Both the position numbers and the translations under genes were made by a program. A stretch of DNA of 64,000 nt from Candidatus Udaeobacter sp. Its GTDB lineage: Bacteria; Patescibacteriota; Patescibacteriia; Magasanikbacterales; GWA2-37-8. Location: NCBI GenBank assembly GCA_035473115.1, contig DATION010000003.1:3264-67263 (forward strand), written 5' to 3'. The notes below the pieces were generated by a model. That model worked only from the letters and a program-made list of their open reading frames with translations, was not told the DNA's origin and did not search any database. Below, one piece after another: positions 1-9,111 of this stretch (positions within the stretch are counted from its first letter, which is position 1; every line of letters starts with the position of its first letter).

Positions 1-182
1 TTTTTAATAGTTTGATAGCCATACTCACTGCAAGTAGGATAAAACCGGCAATAGCCGCCTGGAAACAATGACCTAAACAATCCATGATCTGGAGAAATGG
101 TTTTTTGGTAAATTTTAATTAATCCCAGAGCTGGCAATCTTGGCAGAAATAAAAGAAAATCCCATATTTTCTTTAATTGCAT
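1..182 (-). CDS. yidD: Membrane protein insertion efficiency factor YidD; its C-terminal end runs past the window edge.
   Basis: Minus-strand ATG at 182 overlaps the rnpA stop. The translation is MQLKKIWDFLLFLPRLPALGLIKIYQKTISPDHGLFRSLFPGGYCRFYPTCSEYGYQTIK and carries the YidD signature CRFYPTCSEY. The order yidD-rnpA-rpmH is the canonical arrangement. Confidence 0.7.
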   Translation of the reverse strand, partial: MQLKKIWDFLLFLPRLPALGLIKIYQKTISPDHGLFRSLFPGGYCRFYPTCSEYGYQTIK

Positions 183-586
183 AAAACTTTGGTTCTGCTT
201 AGTAATAATTTCAATTCTGCGCTAATCTCTGCGTAATCTTTGGTTAAAACATCTTTCTTGGCCACTACCAGTATATAATAGCCAATCTTAATCTTTCCGT
301 CCTTAATTAACAGTCTAAGCACCTCACGAATCTGCCGCCGAACCCGATTACGCTTAACTGCGCTTTTGTGCACTTTTAAACCGGCAGCAATGGCTAATTT
401 TAGCTGTTTTTTAAAACTTTCTGGATCTTCTTTTTTTGGGAAAAAACTTTGATTTTTGGCTAATTCTAAAACTTTTAGATCCAAAAACCGGCCATTTATC
501 CATTGGCCATGTTTCATTACTAAGTTAAAGTCTCTTAATTTTCTTAAACGATTATCTGATTGCAACATAGCATTGACAAAAATCAA
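173..586 (-). CDS. rnpA: Ribonuclease P protein component.
   Basis: The 137 aa product is basic and carries the RnpA-like motif KSAVKRNRVRRQIRE. It lies downstream of rpmH and directly upstream of yidD. Confidence 0.85.
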   Translation of the reverse strand: MIFVNAMLQSDNRLRKLRDFNLVMKHGQWINGRFLDLKVLELAKNQSFFPKKEDPESFKKQLKLAIAAGLKVHKSAVKRNRVRRQIREVLRLLIKDGKIKIGYYILVVAKKDVLTKDYAEISAELKLLLSRTKVLCN

Positions 587-801
587 AAAAAGGAATAATT
601 TTAAGTTGGTGTTTAGGAGATTTCACCCATATACTGCCTGGGGTTGTAAGAGGTACAAGGGCGGTAGAGCAGTATACCGGTAGCAGATAGTTTTTGAAAA
701 ACCGGCAAGCTTTCCTGAAGGAGAGGGTACTGTTAGGGAAGGAGAACCTTCCTTGGATTCCTGCACTCTTAAACACCACCATTTTATTATATTACCATAA
801 C

Positions 802-829
802 AAAACCCGCCTTAGAAGCGGGTTTTGGT
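802..829. terminator. Hairpin with flanking A/T runs between rpmH and rnpA; a possible partial terminator.
   Basis: Stem aaaacccgc / gcgggtttt with loop cttagaa, read directly from the sequence. Confidence 0.35.
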
Positions 830-833
830 TTTA

Positions 834-944
834 TTAACGTGTTTTTCTAGTTCTCTTGCCTTTCTTTTCATCAGAAACAGTCAATTTCTTTCTCCCCTTA
901 GCTCGGCGTCGGCTTAAAACTCCGCGTCCGCCTTTAGTACTCAT
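834..944 (-). CDS. rpmH: 50S ribosomal protein L34.
   Basis: Hand translation of the minus strand gives [36 protein letters not shown], 36 aa. It is too short to appear in the ORF track. It has the L34 core [11 protein letters not shown] and sits in the canonical position diverging from dnaA. Confidence 0.85.
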   Translation of the reverse strand: MSTKGGRGVLSRRRAKGRKKLTVSDEKKGKRTRKTR

Positions 945-1115
945 TCTGGAAAGAAAGCCATGGGATTTGGAGCGCTTTCTTTTCTTCGGTTGATAGGTTC
1001 TTTTGGTTGACATATTTTTAAAAGGTGATTATATTTACAGATAGATTATACGCTAAATTTTTAAACTTGTCAAACTTTTGCCGCTGAAACTGAGAAGATT
1101 TTGCTATTTTTACAA

Positions 1116-1200
1116 CTATCCACAGTTCATCCACATTCTAATCTCTCTAAAATTTTGCGCGCTATTGGTCAATGTTTATTCCTATGATAGGATAAACATC
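1116..1200 (+). promoter_or_regulatory. DnaA-box-like motifs in the rpmH-dnaA spacer, marking the dnaA promoter and a possible left half of oriC.
   Basis: cTATCCACA at 1116-1124 and TCATCCACA at 1127-1135 each match 8 of 9 positions of TTATCCACA. A near-palindrome aatgtttattcctatgataggataaacat at 1171-1200 contains TTATCC-type half-sites. Confidence 0.45.
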
Positions 1201-1226
1201 ATTATTCTTACTTCCTCTAATCTAAT

Positions 1227-2627
1227 ATGTCCAACCACGAAATATGGCAAGCTGTTTTGGCCGAACTTGAATTGTCTATTTCCAAACCAAACTTTGTGAC
1301 TTGGTTTAAAAATACCGACATAATCTCATACCAAGACAGTTGCGTGGTTTTGTGCGTGCCCAATGAATTCAATCGCGCTTGGATGGAAAAAAAATATAAC
1401 CAAATGATCGTTACTTCTCTGGAAAGAGTAACTGGCAAACCAATCAAAAAACTAGAATATAAAATCTGCAGTATCAAAAATATCCCCGCTCAATCTGCAG
1501 TCAGTGAAGCAGAGAGCAAGGCTCAAGAATTTTCTTCAAATCCGGTTATGGCTTCAGGCGCTCCTGCAGAAACAATTTCTCCGCCACGAGTGGGTGAGTT
1601 TGGTTTAAACCCAAAATATGTTTTTGAAACTTTTGTCGTTGGCGGCGGCTCTGAACTGGCTTATGCGGCTGCTCAAGCAGTGGTCAACAAACCGGGCGAA
1701 GCTTACAATCCATTATTTATTTATGGCGGCGTAGGACTGGGCAAAACCCATTTGATCCAAGCTATTGGCAACCACCTGCTTAAACTTAGACCGGAAACAA
1801 ACATCATGTACGCCAGCGCTGAAAAATTCACCAACGACTACATCTCCTCAATGAGAGAAGGCAGTGCCAAAAGTTTTCAAAATAGATACCGCAATATAGA
1901 TGTACTTTTAATTGATGATATTCAATTTATTTCCGGCAAAGAAAAAAGCCAGGAATCATTTTTTCATACTTTTAATGAATTGCACCAGCAAAACAAACAG
2001 GTGGTCATGACTTCGGATCGGCCACCAAAAGCGATTCCAGCCCTCGAAGACCGCTTAAAATCACGCTTTGAATGGGGAATGATTGTGGATGTGGCTCCGC
2101 CAGATCTGGAAACTAGAATTGCTATTTTGCAAAAAAAATGTCTAGAAAAAAACTTTCCGCTGGCGCAAAATATTTTGCAGGTGGTAGCCACAACTTTTCA
2201 ACGAAATATCCGTGAACTAGAAGGCGCGCTTAATAAAATTATCGCTTTTCATCAGCTAAAAGGCATGGAACCGACTCTGGAATCAGTTAAATCCCTGCTT
2301 TCCAGCTTAGAGGTTCGCTCTATGCAGCGCTCCGTTACTCCACAGCAAATAATCGAAGCTGCCAGCCAGTTCTACTCTATAAATATCTCCGACTTAACGG
2401 GTCAGAGCCGAGAAAAAAAGTTTTCTTTCCCGCGCCAAATTATTATGCACTTGATGCGCAAAGAACTAAATATGTCGTATCCGTCTATTGGCAATGAACT
2501 GGGCGGCCGAGATCATACTACCGCTATGCACGCCGATAACAAGATAAGCGCGGAAGCAGAAAATGATTTGAAGTTAAAACAGGAAATAGAAATGATAAAA
2601 CAAAAACTTTATATCAATATGATGTAG
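1227..2627 (+). CDS. dnaA: Chromosomal replication initiator DnaA.
   Basis: 466 aa with the AAA+ Walker A motif GGVGLGKTHL and a C-terminal DNA-binding domain. It sits at the classical rpmH | dnaA-dnaN locus. Confidence 0.97.
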   Translation: MSNHEIWQAVLAELELSISKPNFVTWFKNTDIISYQDSCVVLCVPNEFNRAWMEKKYNQMIVTSLERVTGKPIKKLEYKICSIKNIPAQSAVSEAESKAQEFSSNPVMASGAPAETISPPRVGEFGLNPKYVFETFVVGGGSELAYAAAQAVVNKPGEAYNPLFIYGGVGLGKTHLIQAIGNHLLKLRPETNIMYASAEKFTNDYISSMREGSAKSFQNRYRNIDVLLIDDIQFISGKEKSQESFFHTFNELHQQNKQVVMTSDRPPKAIPALEDRLKSRFEWGMIVDVAPPDLETRIAILQKKCLEKNFPLAQNILQVVATTFQRNIRELEGALNKIIAFHQLKGMEPTLESVKSLLSSLEVRSMQRSVTPQQIIEAASQFYSINISDLTGQSREKKFSFPRQIIMHLMRKELNMSYPSIGNELGGRDHTTAMHADNKISAEAENDLKLKQEIEMIKQKLYINMM

Positions 2628-2739
2628 CGCTTCGCCTACGGCTACGCACTATAAATGATCCGGATATAATTGAATACGATTATAGTTTACAGGGTGCAGC
2701 GAAGCGAAATCCTGTTAATAAGAGCTGTATAAGTAGAAA

Positions 2740-2960
2740 ATTTTATCCACTTTCAACACACCGAAAGATAAAGTTATAAACAGACATTGAAAAAATAAAA
2801 TTTTACACGCACACTTTGTCAGTTTATCCTCAACAGTTTTCCACTGATTAAAGATTTAAAAATCGTTTAAACTACAGTAAAAAAAGTTTTTCCCACCTTA
2901 TCCACCGCCTTATAGTTACGATTACAATTTATATATAAATATATACGTACAATATAGACA
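2740..2960 (+). promoter_or_regulatory. Candidate oriC core in the dnaA-dnaN spacer: a DnaA-box cluster plus an AT-rich unwinding element.
   Basis: TTATCCACt at 2743-2751, TTATCCtCA at 2824-2832, TTtTCCACt at 2838-2846 and TTATCCACc at 2898-2906 all lie in the same orientation. An AT-rich run atttatatataaatatatacgtacaatatag follows at 2925-2957. Confidence 0.5.
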
Positions 2961-2985
2961 ACTGAAAAAGTTAATAAAAAAACAA

Positions 2986-3004
2986 AGCCCACCGGTTGGT
3001 GGGG
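2986..3004 (-). terminator. Intrinsic terminator for the small minus-strand ORF in the dnaA-dnaN spacer.
   Basis: Stem cccacc / ggtggg with loop ggtt. On the minus strand it is followed by ctttgttttttt. Confidence 0.4.
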
Positions 3005-3028
3005 TAAAGGAAAGAGCGAAGACATGAC

Positions 3029-3190
3029 CTACCGTCTAGTCTTGGAACGAAGATGTCTGTTCCAAGGAAGAAGAGATCGTTGCATTAACGCAGCTAGATG
3101 CTCATAGTAGTTGTAAGCATCGGCCGGCTGGTTGTTGGTTGGGACATCAGTGAGATTGAGTTTAGTAAATTCGTCCACGGTGTATGCCAT
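3029..3190 (-). CDS. Hypothetical 53 aa small protein encoded inside the dnaA-dnaN spacer.
   Basis: It has a strong Shine-Dalgarno sequence AAAAGGAGAAACAG before the ATG and a downstream intrinsic terminator. The translation is MAYTVDEFTKLNLTDVPTNNQPADAYNYYEHLAALMQRSLLPWNRHLRSKTRR. It is absent from the ORF track because it is under 60 aa. Confidence 0.3.
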   Translation of the reverse strand: MAYTVDEFTKLNLTDVPTNNQPADAYNYYEHLAALMQRSLLPWNRHLRSKTRR

Positions 3191-3290
3191 CTGTTTCTCC
3201 TTTTAATAAATTGTATAATAACTAAGAGTTAAATTTATATCAATAGTCTTTAATAAGGTTTTGCTAATAAATTAAATAAGCTATTCATGT

Positions 3291-4412
3291 ATGAAATTTA
3301 TTTGTACCAGAGAAAATTTATCTAAAGCTTTGGCTTTGGTAATCGGCGTCGCTGGCAAAAGTGTTAACTTGCCAATACTAAGTAATGTCTTAATCCGTGC
3401 CAGCGAACAGAAAGTTGAATTTGTGGCTACCAACCTGGAGTTAGCTATAGTTTCCAGCCTAAGAGCCAAAATTGAAGAACCGGGGGTATTTACCGTTCCA
3501 GCCAGGACATTGAATGACTTTGTGAATTTACTATCTGATGAAAAAGTTGAAGTTAATTTGAAGGATAATGAGCTGGAAGTTGTCTCTGGCAAGTCTTCTA
3601 CCAGGATCAAAGGCACCCCAGGTGATGAATTTCCGGTCGTACCGACTGTTGGTGAGGGTAAAGGCTATGTAGTTGATTCTGAGGCCTTTAAAAAAGGTTT
3701 GGGGCAAGTGTTTGGCGCAGCTGCCAAAAATGAAATCCGCCCGGAACTGGCCGGGGTGTTGTTTGTTTTTAATGACGAACCAAATACTTTAACTATGGCT
3801 GCCACCGACAGTTATCGTTTAGCAGAGAAGAAAGTCAAACTTAGTCAGGGCGAAGAAAAGGCTAGAATAATTATCCCAGCTCGCACCGCTCAGGAAATCG
3901 GTCATATTTTGTCTTTGTCCAGAGGATTAAATGATGAAAAAAATGTTCGGTTGCTGGTAACAGAGAATCAGATTGTCTTGCGCTGCAATGAGGTAGAATT
4001 AGTTTCTCGCTTGGTAGAAGGCCAATACCCGGATTATACCCAAATTATTCCAAAAGAATTTAAGACTGTGGCCGAGTTTTCGACCAACCAAATTACCAAA
4101 GAAATAAAAGCTGCCAGTTTGTTTACCACAACAGGGGTAAACGCAGTTAATTTTGATTTTGATACAGCTGGCGGAGCCATTGCCATTTCTTCAACTTCTA
4201 CTCAGACCGGTGAGCACAAATCCGAAGTGGCAGCCGACATTAAAGGCGATAAAAATAATATTTTGCTCAATCATCGGTATGTGCTCGATGGCTTAGCCAA
4301 CATTGATACGGAAAATAGTTTGCTTAAAGTAATTAGTGCTGAGAGTCCATGTGTTTTGGCGCCAAAAGAAGATACAAGCTTTGTTTATATTGTGATGCCT
4401 ATACGGCAGTAA
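3291..4412 (+). CDS. dnaN: DNA polymerase III beta sliding clamp.
   Basis: 373 aa with a DnaN-like N-terminus MKFICTRENLSKAL, located immediately downstream of dnaA. Confidence 0.95.
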   Translation: MKFICTRENLSKALALVIGVAGKSVNLPILSNVLIRASEQKVEFVATNLELAIVSSLRAKIEEPGVFTVPARTLNDFVNLLSDEKVEVNLKDNELEVVSGKSSTRIKGTPGDEFPVVPTVGEGKGYVVDSEAFKKGLGQVFGAAAKNEIRPELAGVLFVFNDEPNTLTMAATDSYRLAEKKVKLSQGEEKARIIIPARTAQEIGHILSLSRGLNDEKNVRLLVTENQIVLRCNEVELVSRLVEGQYPDYTQIIPKEFKTVAEFSTNQITKEIKAASLFTTTGVNAVNFDFDTAGGAIAISSTSTQTGEHKSEVAADIKGDKNNILLNHRYVLDGLANIDTENSLLKVISAESPCVLAPKEDTSFVYIVMPIRQ

Positions 4413-4492
4413 AAATTTGTTGGAAGCTAACAATTTGCATCTCAAAAAAAAGTGTGGTATATTTGTCGTATATTAAAGCTTAATTTTATTAA

Positions 4493-5524
4493 ATGAAATT
4501 TTCTAGACCTAAAAAATTGGTATTTTGCAATAATAAAGGCGGTGTTGGAAAAACAACCTTGGCTTTTCATTGTGCGGTCGACTTTGCAAATAAGGGCTAC
4601 AAAACCGCAATGATAGATTTAGACCCACAATGCAATTTAACCCTTCAAACACTAGGACATACTTTTTATGAAAATAACCTTAATCTTTTTGCAGATACAA
4701 CAAAAACTATTTATGATGTTTTAAAGCCAAAAATAGAAGGTAGTGGTGATATCGATACTACAGTTAAGCTTTATAAAGTTCCCGGTCGTGAAAACTTGTT
4801 TATTTTGCCTGGTGATATACAGCTTTCGGTATTTGAAAGTTTGCTTATAAATGGCTTTTCTGATGCTGCAGCTGGAAATTTGAGAGGTTACTCCGATACG
4901 AGTGCTATTGATAGGTATTTAAACAAAATTGGATCCGAAAATGAGATTGATATTTTTGTTATTGATACTTCACCAAGTTTGGGGGTTTTAAATAGAATTA
5001 TATTTTTAGGTTCAGAATATTTTATAGTTCCACTTACTCCTGACAGTTACAGTGTTCAAGGTATAAAAAATTTGGGTGTTGTTTTTGAAGGTTGGAAAAA
5101 ACAATGGAGTAATACCGCAAAGGCCGTATCGGTTTCTGGTAAAACTCCAAGCGACCATGTGCTTAGCGGGAATTCTTTATTTATTGGTTATATAAATAAT
5201 GATTTTAGTATTTATAGTCAAAGAATGGTAAGAAGGCAGAGGGATTGGACCGAGATTCTTCCTCAAGAAGTTAAAAAATACTTATCTGAAAAACATGGCA
5301 GGAATGGTTTGGTGGAAAAAAGCTGGAGAACTCCAATCGGTTCAACGCAGAATTATGGACAGCTACCAGCTATTTCTATGGAAAACCATTTGGCGATTCA
5401 AGAATTTGACAGATCTAAAGTAAATGAGCTTAATCTTGATGGAACTAAGCAGTTACAAGAAAAAGCAAAACAGGAAATCAGTACTTTAACTGATAATATT
5501 TTGAATGTTCTTAATAACTATTAA
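4493..5524 (+). CDS. ParA/MinD-family P-loop ATPase with a C-terminal extension of roughly 90 aa; no parB gene lies nearby.
   Basis: Deviant Walker A motif CNNKGGVGKTT near the N-terminus. 343 aa. Confidence 0.8.
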   Translation: MKFSRPKKLVFCNNKGGVGKTTLAFHCAVDFANKGYKTAMIDLDPQCNLTLQTLGHTFYENNLNLFADTTKTIYDVLKPKIEGSGDIDTTVKLYKVPGRENLFILPGDIQLSVFESLLINGFSDAAAGNLRGYSDTSAIDRYLNKIGSENEIDIFVIDTSPSLGVLNRIIFLGSEYFIVPLTPDSYSVQGIKNLGVVFEGWKKQWSNTAKAVSVSGKTPSDHVLSGNSLFIGYINNDFSIYSQRMVRRQRDWTEILPQEVKKYLSEKHGRNGLVEKSWRTPIGSTQNYGQLPAISMENHLAIQEFDRSKVNELNLDGTKQLQEKAKQEISTLTDNILNVLNNY

Positions 5525-5536
5525 GCAAGATATTTT

Positions 5537-8380
5537 TTACTCCACCACCACACCCAAACTCTTCTCCACGGTCTTCCCAGTATTATCAGTTAGCAAAGCC
5601 TTCAAAGTATATTCACCAGGGCCCGGAGCATGCTTCCAAGTAAACATTAATTGATTATTGAAAAGCTTATCTTCTTTGTGGTTAAAACTATAAATTAATT
5701 TTGGCGTGCCGTTTCCTGCTGAAAGGTAAATGTCTATTTTATTGGTATCATCCCAGCGAAAAGGAACCAAATTCATGGCGCGAGGAAACTCGTCTGCTTT
5801 TATATTTATTGATTCACCATCAAACCAACTAAAATTTGGCGGATCAAAATCAGCCTGCAAAGCAAAGTTAATATTTTTTTGCGTGCTGTTGCCGGCATCA
5901 TCTTGAGCCACAGCGCTAAGCGTATGTGGGCCTTTGAGTAAGTTTTGCGCGTAGTAGCCAAAGTTAAACGGTGGCTGAGTTGTTTCACCAATAGTGTGCC
6001 CATCTATTTGATAAATAACTTTGGTCACTCCGCGGGGCGCAGCAGCATTAATTTTAATATCAATTTGTCGGGAATTTAATTCTGTGCCATTAGTCGGAGA
6101 AATAAAATCTATAGTTGGTGAAAATTCCGAAGATTGAATATTGTCGTATTCAGTCGGTGGTTCTTCAAAAGTCATATTTATACCCGCAGCTTGCTGTCTT
6201 TCCATCCAAGCATGCAAGCCATCTTCCCAAGCCTGATACTGCGGATCATCGGCCGGGTTGGTTGGAGCTGGTCCGCGCGGATCATCTTTATTTACATATT
6301 GCAAAATATCATGCGGTGGCAAATATGTACGCTCCGTAATCAAAACTTCGGGAGTAGAAGAGTTGGCAATTTTTCCAGTTTGCGAATTTATATTGAGGAT
6401 AATACCGTCATCATGGCCGCGCAGAACCGGTTTTTGAGCATCGTTTTCTGGCGGAGGGACGAAAGCTTCTGGCGTAGTGCTGGCCAGCGCTAATCTCATA
6501 AATTTATTCCAAATTGTACCAGCCAAAGCATTACCACCAGCTTTCATTGGGGTAGGGATAGTATTGCCCACCCAAACGCCAGCTGCCAGTGATGGCACAT
6601 AACCCATTGTCCAGGCATCTTTGTTATCATTAGTTGTACCGGTTTTGGCGGCCACCGGACGATCTGGCAGAGTTAAGTTGCCGTGCAGCGAGAATACAAA
6701 CGCTCGGGCTTGATCGTCGCTAAGAACATCGGTAATGGTGGCTGCAATTTCCGGAGCAACTGCTTCTTGGCCTTCGGTTGGCTGCCATTCATACAGATTG
6801 GCTCCGGAAGTATCAGTTACCTTTAGAATACTGACTGGTTCATTGTAGACGCCGTTATTGGCTAAAGTGGCATAAGCATTGGTATGTTCTAATAAATTTA
6901 CTTCCGCGCCACCAAGAACCAAACTCAAGCCATAATCGCCATTAAGAGTGGTGTAGCCAAAACGTTTGGCAAAATCGATGGCGTTTTTTGAACCAACCAA
7001 ATAAAGAGCTTTTACAGCTGGAATATTTAGAGATCCTTGCAGAGCTTTACGAATAGTTACTAGTCCATGATCTTTGCCATCATAATTTTTGGGAGTGTAA
7101 TCTTGGCCGCTGCGGGCGTCAAAGTTGGTGCTGACATCATAGAGAACTGTGTCTGGAGTATAGCCTTTTTCGAAAGCGGCGGTATAAACAAAAGGTTTAA
7201 AAGATGAGCCTGGTTGGCGTTTGCCCAAAGTGGCAACATCAAACTGACCATTGATTTCATCATTGTTATAATCGCGAGAACCAACCAGCGCCAAAATTTG
7301 CGCAGTCTTTGGGTCTATAGCTACCAGAGCGGCATTGTTGGCTTTGGCATCTTTAGCATTTTTATCTCCCAGTTCTTTAACAGTTTTTTCGGCCATTTTT
7401 TGTTTGTCATAGTCAAGAGTAGTAATTACTTTAAGACCATCTTCATCAACTGCTCGTTCGCCAAATTTGTCGGCCAAAAGTTGTTTTACATAAAGCACAA
7501 AGTGCGGCGCATCCATTAATCCACCACTTCTAAAAATTCGTAGCGCAATTCCTTGAGCTTCCTTTTTTTCTGTTTCAGTTATATAGCCTTGATTGTACAT
7601 TAAAGATAAAACCAGATCGCGGCGGTCGCGCAAGGCATCCAAGTTTTTTAAATAGGTGCTAGGAGCTTTTGGGATAGCTGCCAAAGTGGCTGCTTCGGCC
7701 AAAGTTAAATCTTTGGCATTTTTGTGGAAATAAGCCTGACTGGCAGACTCAATACCGTAATTGGTTGAGCCATAAGGAATTTCGTTTAAGTATAATTTCA
7801 AGATTTGATCTTTGCTATATTTTTTTTCTAAACGAATAGCCAAAATTGCTTCCTTGATTTTTCTAAAAACAGAATGCTCATTGCCGACGATGGTATTTTT
7901 TATTAATTGTTGGGTAAGCGTGGAAGCTCCGCCCGAACCAGCTTTGCGGCCGATAAGGTTGCTTAAGCCAGCGCGAATAATACTAGTAACTTGAATACCG
8001 CCATGCTGGTAGAAGCCTTTGTCTTCAACCGCAATAGTCGCCTTTTGGGCAAAAGAGCTGATTTGATCTAATTCAACCAGAGTTCTTTTTTGGTTTTGAT
8101 AAATTTCGTAGAGCAGGTGGGTGCCAGTGCGGTCGTAGATTTTAGTACTTTGCGAGATTTGGCGCTCGTTTAGTTTGTTTGGGTCGGGCAAGTCACGGCT
8201 AACCCAAGCTACCACTATTGTGCCAACAACAAAAAGAACGGTTAGTCCAACCGCTGCTAGCAAAATTAAGATTTTTAGCAAACTTTTCTTTTGGCGAGGA
8301 GAGTTTTCTCGATATGACACCGGTTTGCTGTCCGGAATGCGTCCATATTGGCGCGATCCATGCAGTTGAGGTATTGGCAT
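5537..8380 (-). CDS. Class A penicillin-binding protein (PBP1A-type) combining a glycosyltransferase and a transpeptidase, with C-terminal Ig-like repeats.
   Basis: N-terminal transmembrane segment. The GT51 motif is AVEDKGFYQHGG. The transpeptidase motifs are SGSSFKP (SxxK) and KTGTT. A long beta-rich C-terminal extension follows. Confidence 0.9.
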   Translation of the reverse strand: MPIPQLHGSRQYGRIPDSKPVSYRENSPRQKKSLLKILILLAAVGLTVLFVVGTIVVAWVSRDLPDPNKLNERQISQSTKIYDRTGTHLLYEIYQNQKRTLVELDQISSFAQKATIAVEDKGFYQHGGIQVTSIIRAGLSNLIGRKAGSGGASTLTQQLIKNTIVGNEHSVFRKIKEAILAIRLEKKYSKDQILKLYLNEIPYGSTNYGIESASQAYFHKNAKDLTLAEAATLAAIPKAPSTYLKNLDALRDRRDLVLSLMYNQGYITETEKKEAQGIALRIFRSGGLMDAPHFVLYVKQLLADKFGERAVDEDGLKVITTLDYDKQKMAEKTVKELGDKNAKDAKANNAALVAIDPKTAQILALVGSRDYNNDEINGQFDVATLGKRQPGSSFKPFVYTAAFEKGYTPDTVLYDVSTNFDARSGQDYTPKNYDGKDHGLVTIRKALQGSLNIPAVKALYLVGSKNAIDFAKRFGYTTLNGDYGLSLVLGGAEVNLLEHTNAYATLANNGVYNEPVSILKVTDTSGANLYEWQPTEGQEAVAPEIAATITDVLSDDQARAFVFSLHGNLTLPDRPVAAKTGTTNDNKDAWTMGYVPSLAAGVWVGNTIPTPMKAGGNALAGTIWNKFMRLALASTTPEAFVPPPENDAQKPVLRGHDDGIILNINSQTGKIANSSTPEVLITERTYLPPHDILQYVNKDDPRGPAPTNPADDPQYQAWEDGLHAWMERQQAAGINMTFEEPPTEYDNIQSSEFSPTIDFISPTNGTELNSRQIDIKINAAAPRGVTKVIYQIDGHTIGETTQPPFNFGYYAQNLLKGPHTLSAVAQDDAGNSTQKNINFALQADFDPPNFSWFDGESINIKADEFPRAMNLVPFRWDDTNKIDIYLSAGNGTPKLIYSFNHKEDKLFNNQLMFTWKHAPGPGEYTLKALLTDNTGKTVEKSLGVVVE

Positions 8381-8450
8381 AGTTGTTTAAGCACAATTAT
8401 TCTATACCATTCACTCATATTTTACCAGTCTGCAGTTCAAGCTCGAGGTA

Positions 8451-8479
8451 TTGACAAAAACCCAAAATTATGGTATATT
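8451..8479 (+). promoter_or_regulatory. Sigma-70-like promoter for the 3D-domain gene.
   Basis: TTGACA, a 17 nt spacer, then TATATT. Confidence 0.4.
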
Positions 8480-8535
8480 TCTCCGTTAATTCATTTTGGG
8501 TGGCCACAGGGGACGCCTGATATAAATAACGAATT

Positions 8536-9105
8536 ATGAGCATGGTTAAGAGAAAATTTACCGTTTCGGCTTTACGACTGACTGTTAGTTTGGCTATGCT
8601 GGGAGCTATTTTAGCTCAAACTATCATGCCGTTAGCTGTAAAAGCTGATGTTTCTGATGAAATGGCTAATTTAAGCCAAAATCAGATAGCTGAGAACCAA
8701 GTTAGCCTAAAACAAGCCAAAAGCCTAATGGCTTCAACCAATCTGTTTGTTATGCCAGTAGACAGAGAGATGCCGGATAAGGTGATTACCAAGGCTGTTA
8801 TTACCGCTTATACCAGTACTCCTGGCCAAACCGATGATTCTCCTTTTATAGCTGCTTCTGGCAAAAGAGTGCATGATGGTATGATTGCAGCCAATGGTTT
8901 ACCATTTGGTACCAGAGTCAAAATTCCGGCTGTTTATGGAGAAAAGATCTTCGTAGTTGAAGATCGGATGAATTCTCGTTATGGTTATGGACGCTTTGAT
9001 GTTTGGTTGGATATGAGCCGAGATGAAGCTAGAAAATTTGGTGTTAAGAGGGTTGATGTGGAAATCTTTTATCCTGATACCAATTTGGCTAAAGCTGGAA
9101 AATAA
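8536..9105 (+). CDS. Secreted 3D-domain protein (MltA/YuiC-like double-psi beta-barrel), a putative cell-wall-binding or hydrolase protein.
   Basis: Signal peptide at the N-terminus. The C-terminus, TAYTSTPGQTDDSPFIAASGKRVHDGMIAANGLPFGTRVKIPAVYGEKIFVVEDR with the conserved Asp residues, fits the 3D domain. Confidence 0.75.
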   Translation: MSMVKRKFTVSALRLTVSLAMLGAILAQTIMPLAVKADVSDEMANLSQNQIAENQVSLKQAKSLMASTNLFVMPVDREMPDKVITKAVITAYTSTPGQTDDSPFIAASGKRVHDGMIAANGLPFGTRVKIPAVYGEKIFVVEDRMNSRYGYGRFDVWLDMSRDEARKFGVKRVDVEIFYPDTNLAKAGK

Positions 9106-9111
9106 AATTTA

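Noticed and set aside
456-782. Track ORFs 456..683(+) and 552..782(-) in the rnpA-rpmH spacer.
   Set aside because: They overlap each other and the rnpA 5' end, have no ribosome-binding site and have odd composition. They are most likely non-coding spacer.
5806-6493. Antisense or embedded ORFs inside long genes, for example 5806..6003 and 6134..6493 in the PBP gene, 61159..61407 and 62478..63021 in rpoB, and 52023..53615 in the ATPase gene.
   Set aside because: They are fully nested within confidently identified genes on the opposite strand or frame and have no translation signals.
8451-8535. c-di-AMP (ydaO-type) riboswitch upstream of the 3D-domain cell-wall gene.
   Set aside because: The leader is only about 55 nt, too short for the riboswitch of at least 100 nt, and it lacks the conserved ACGGGGA / CCCG pseudo-symmetric cores.
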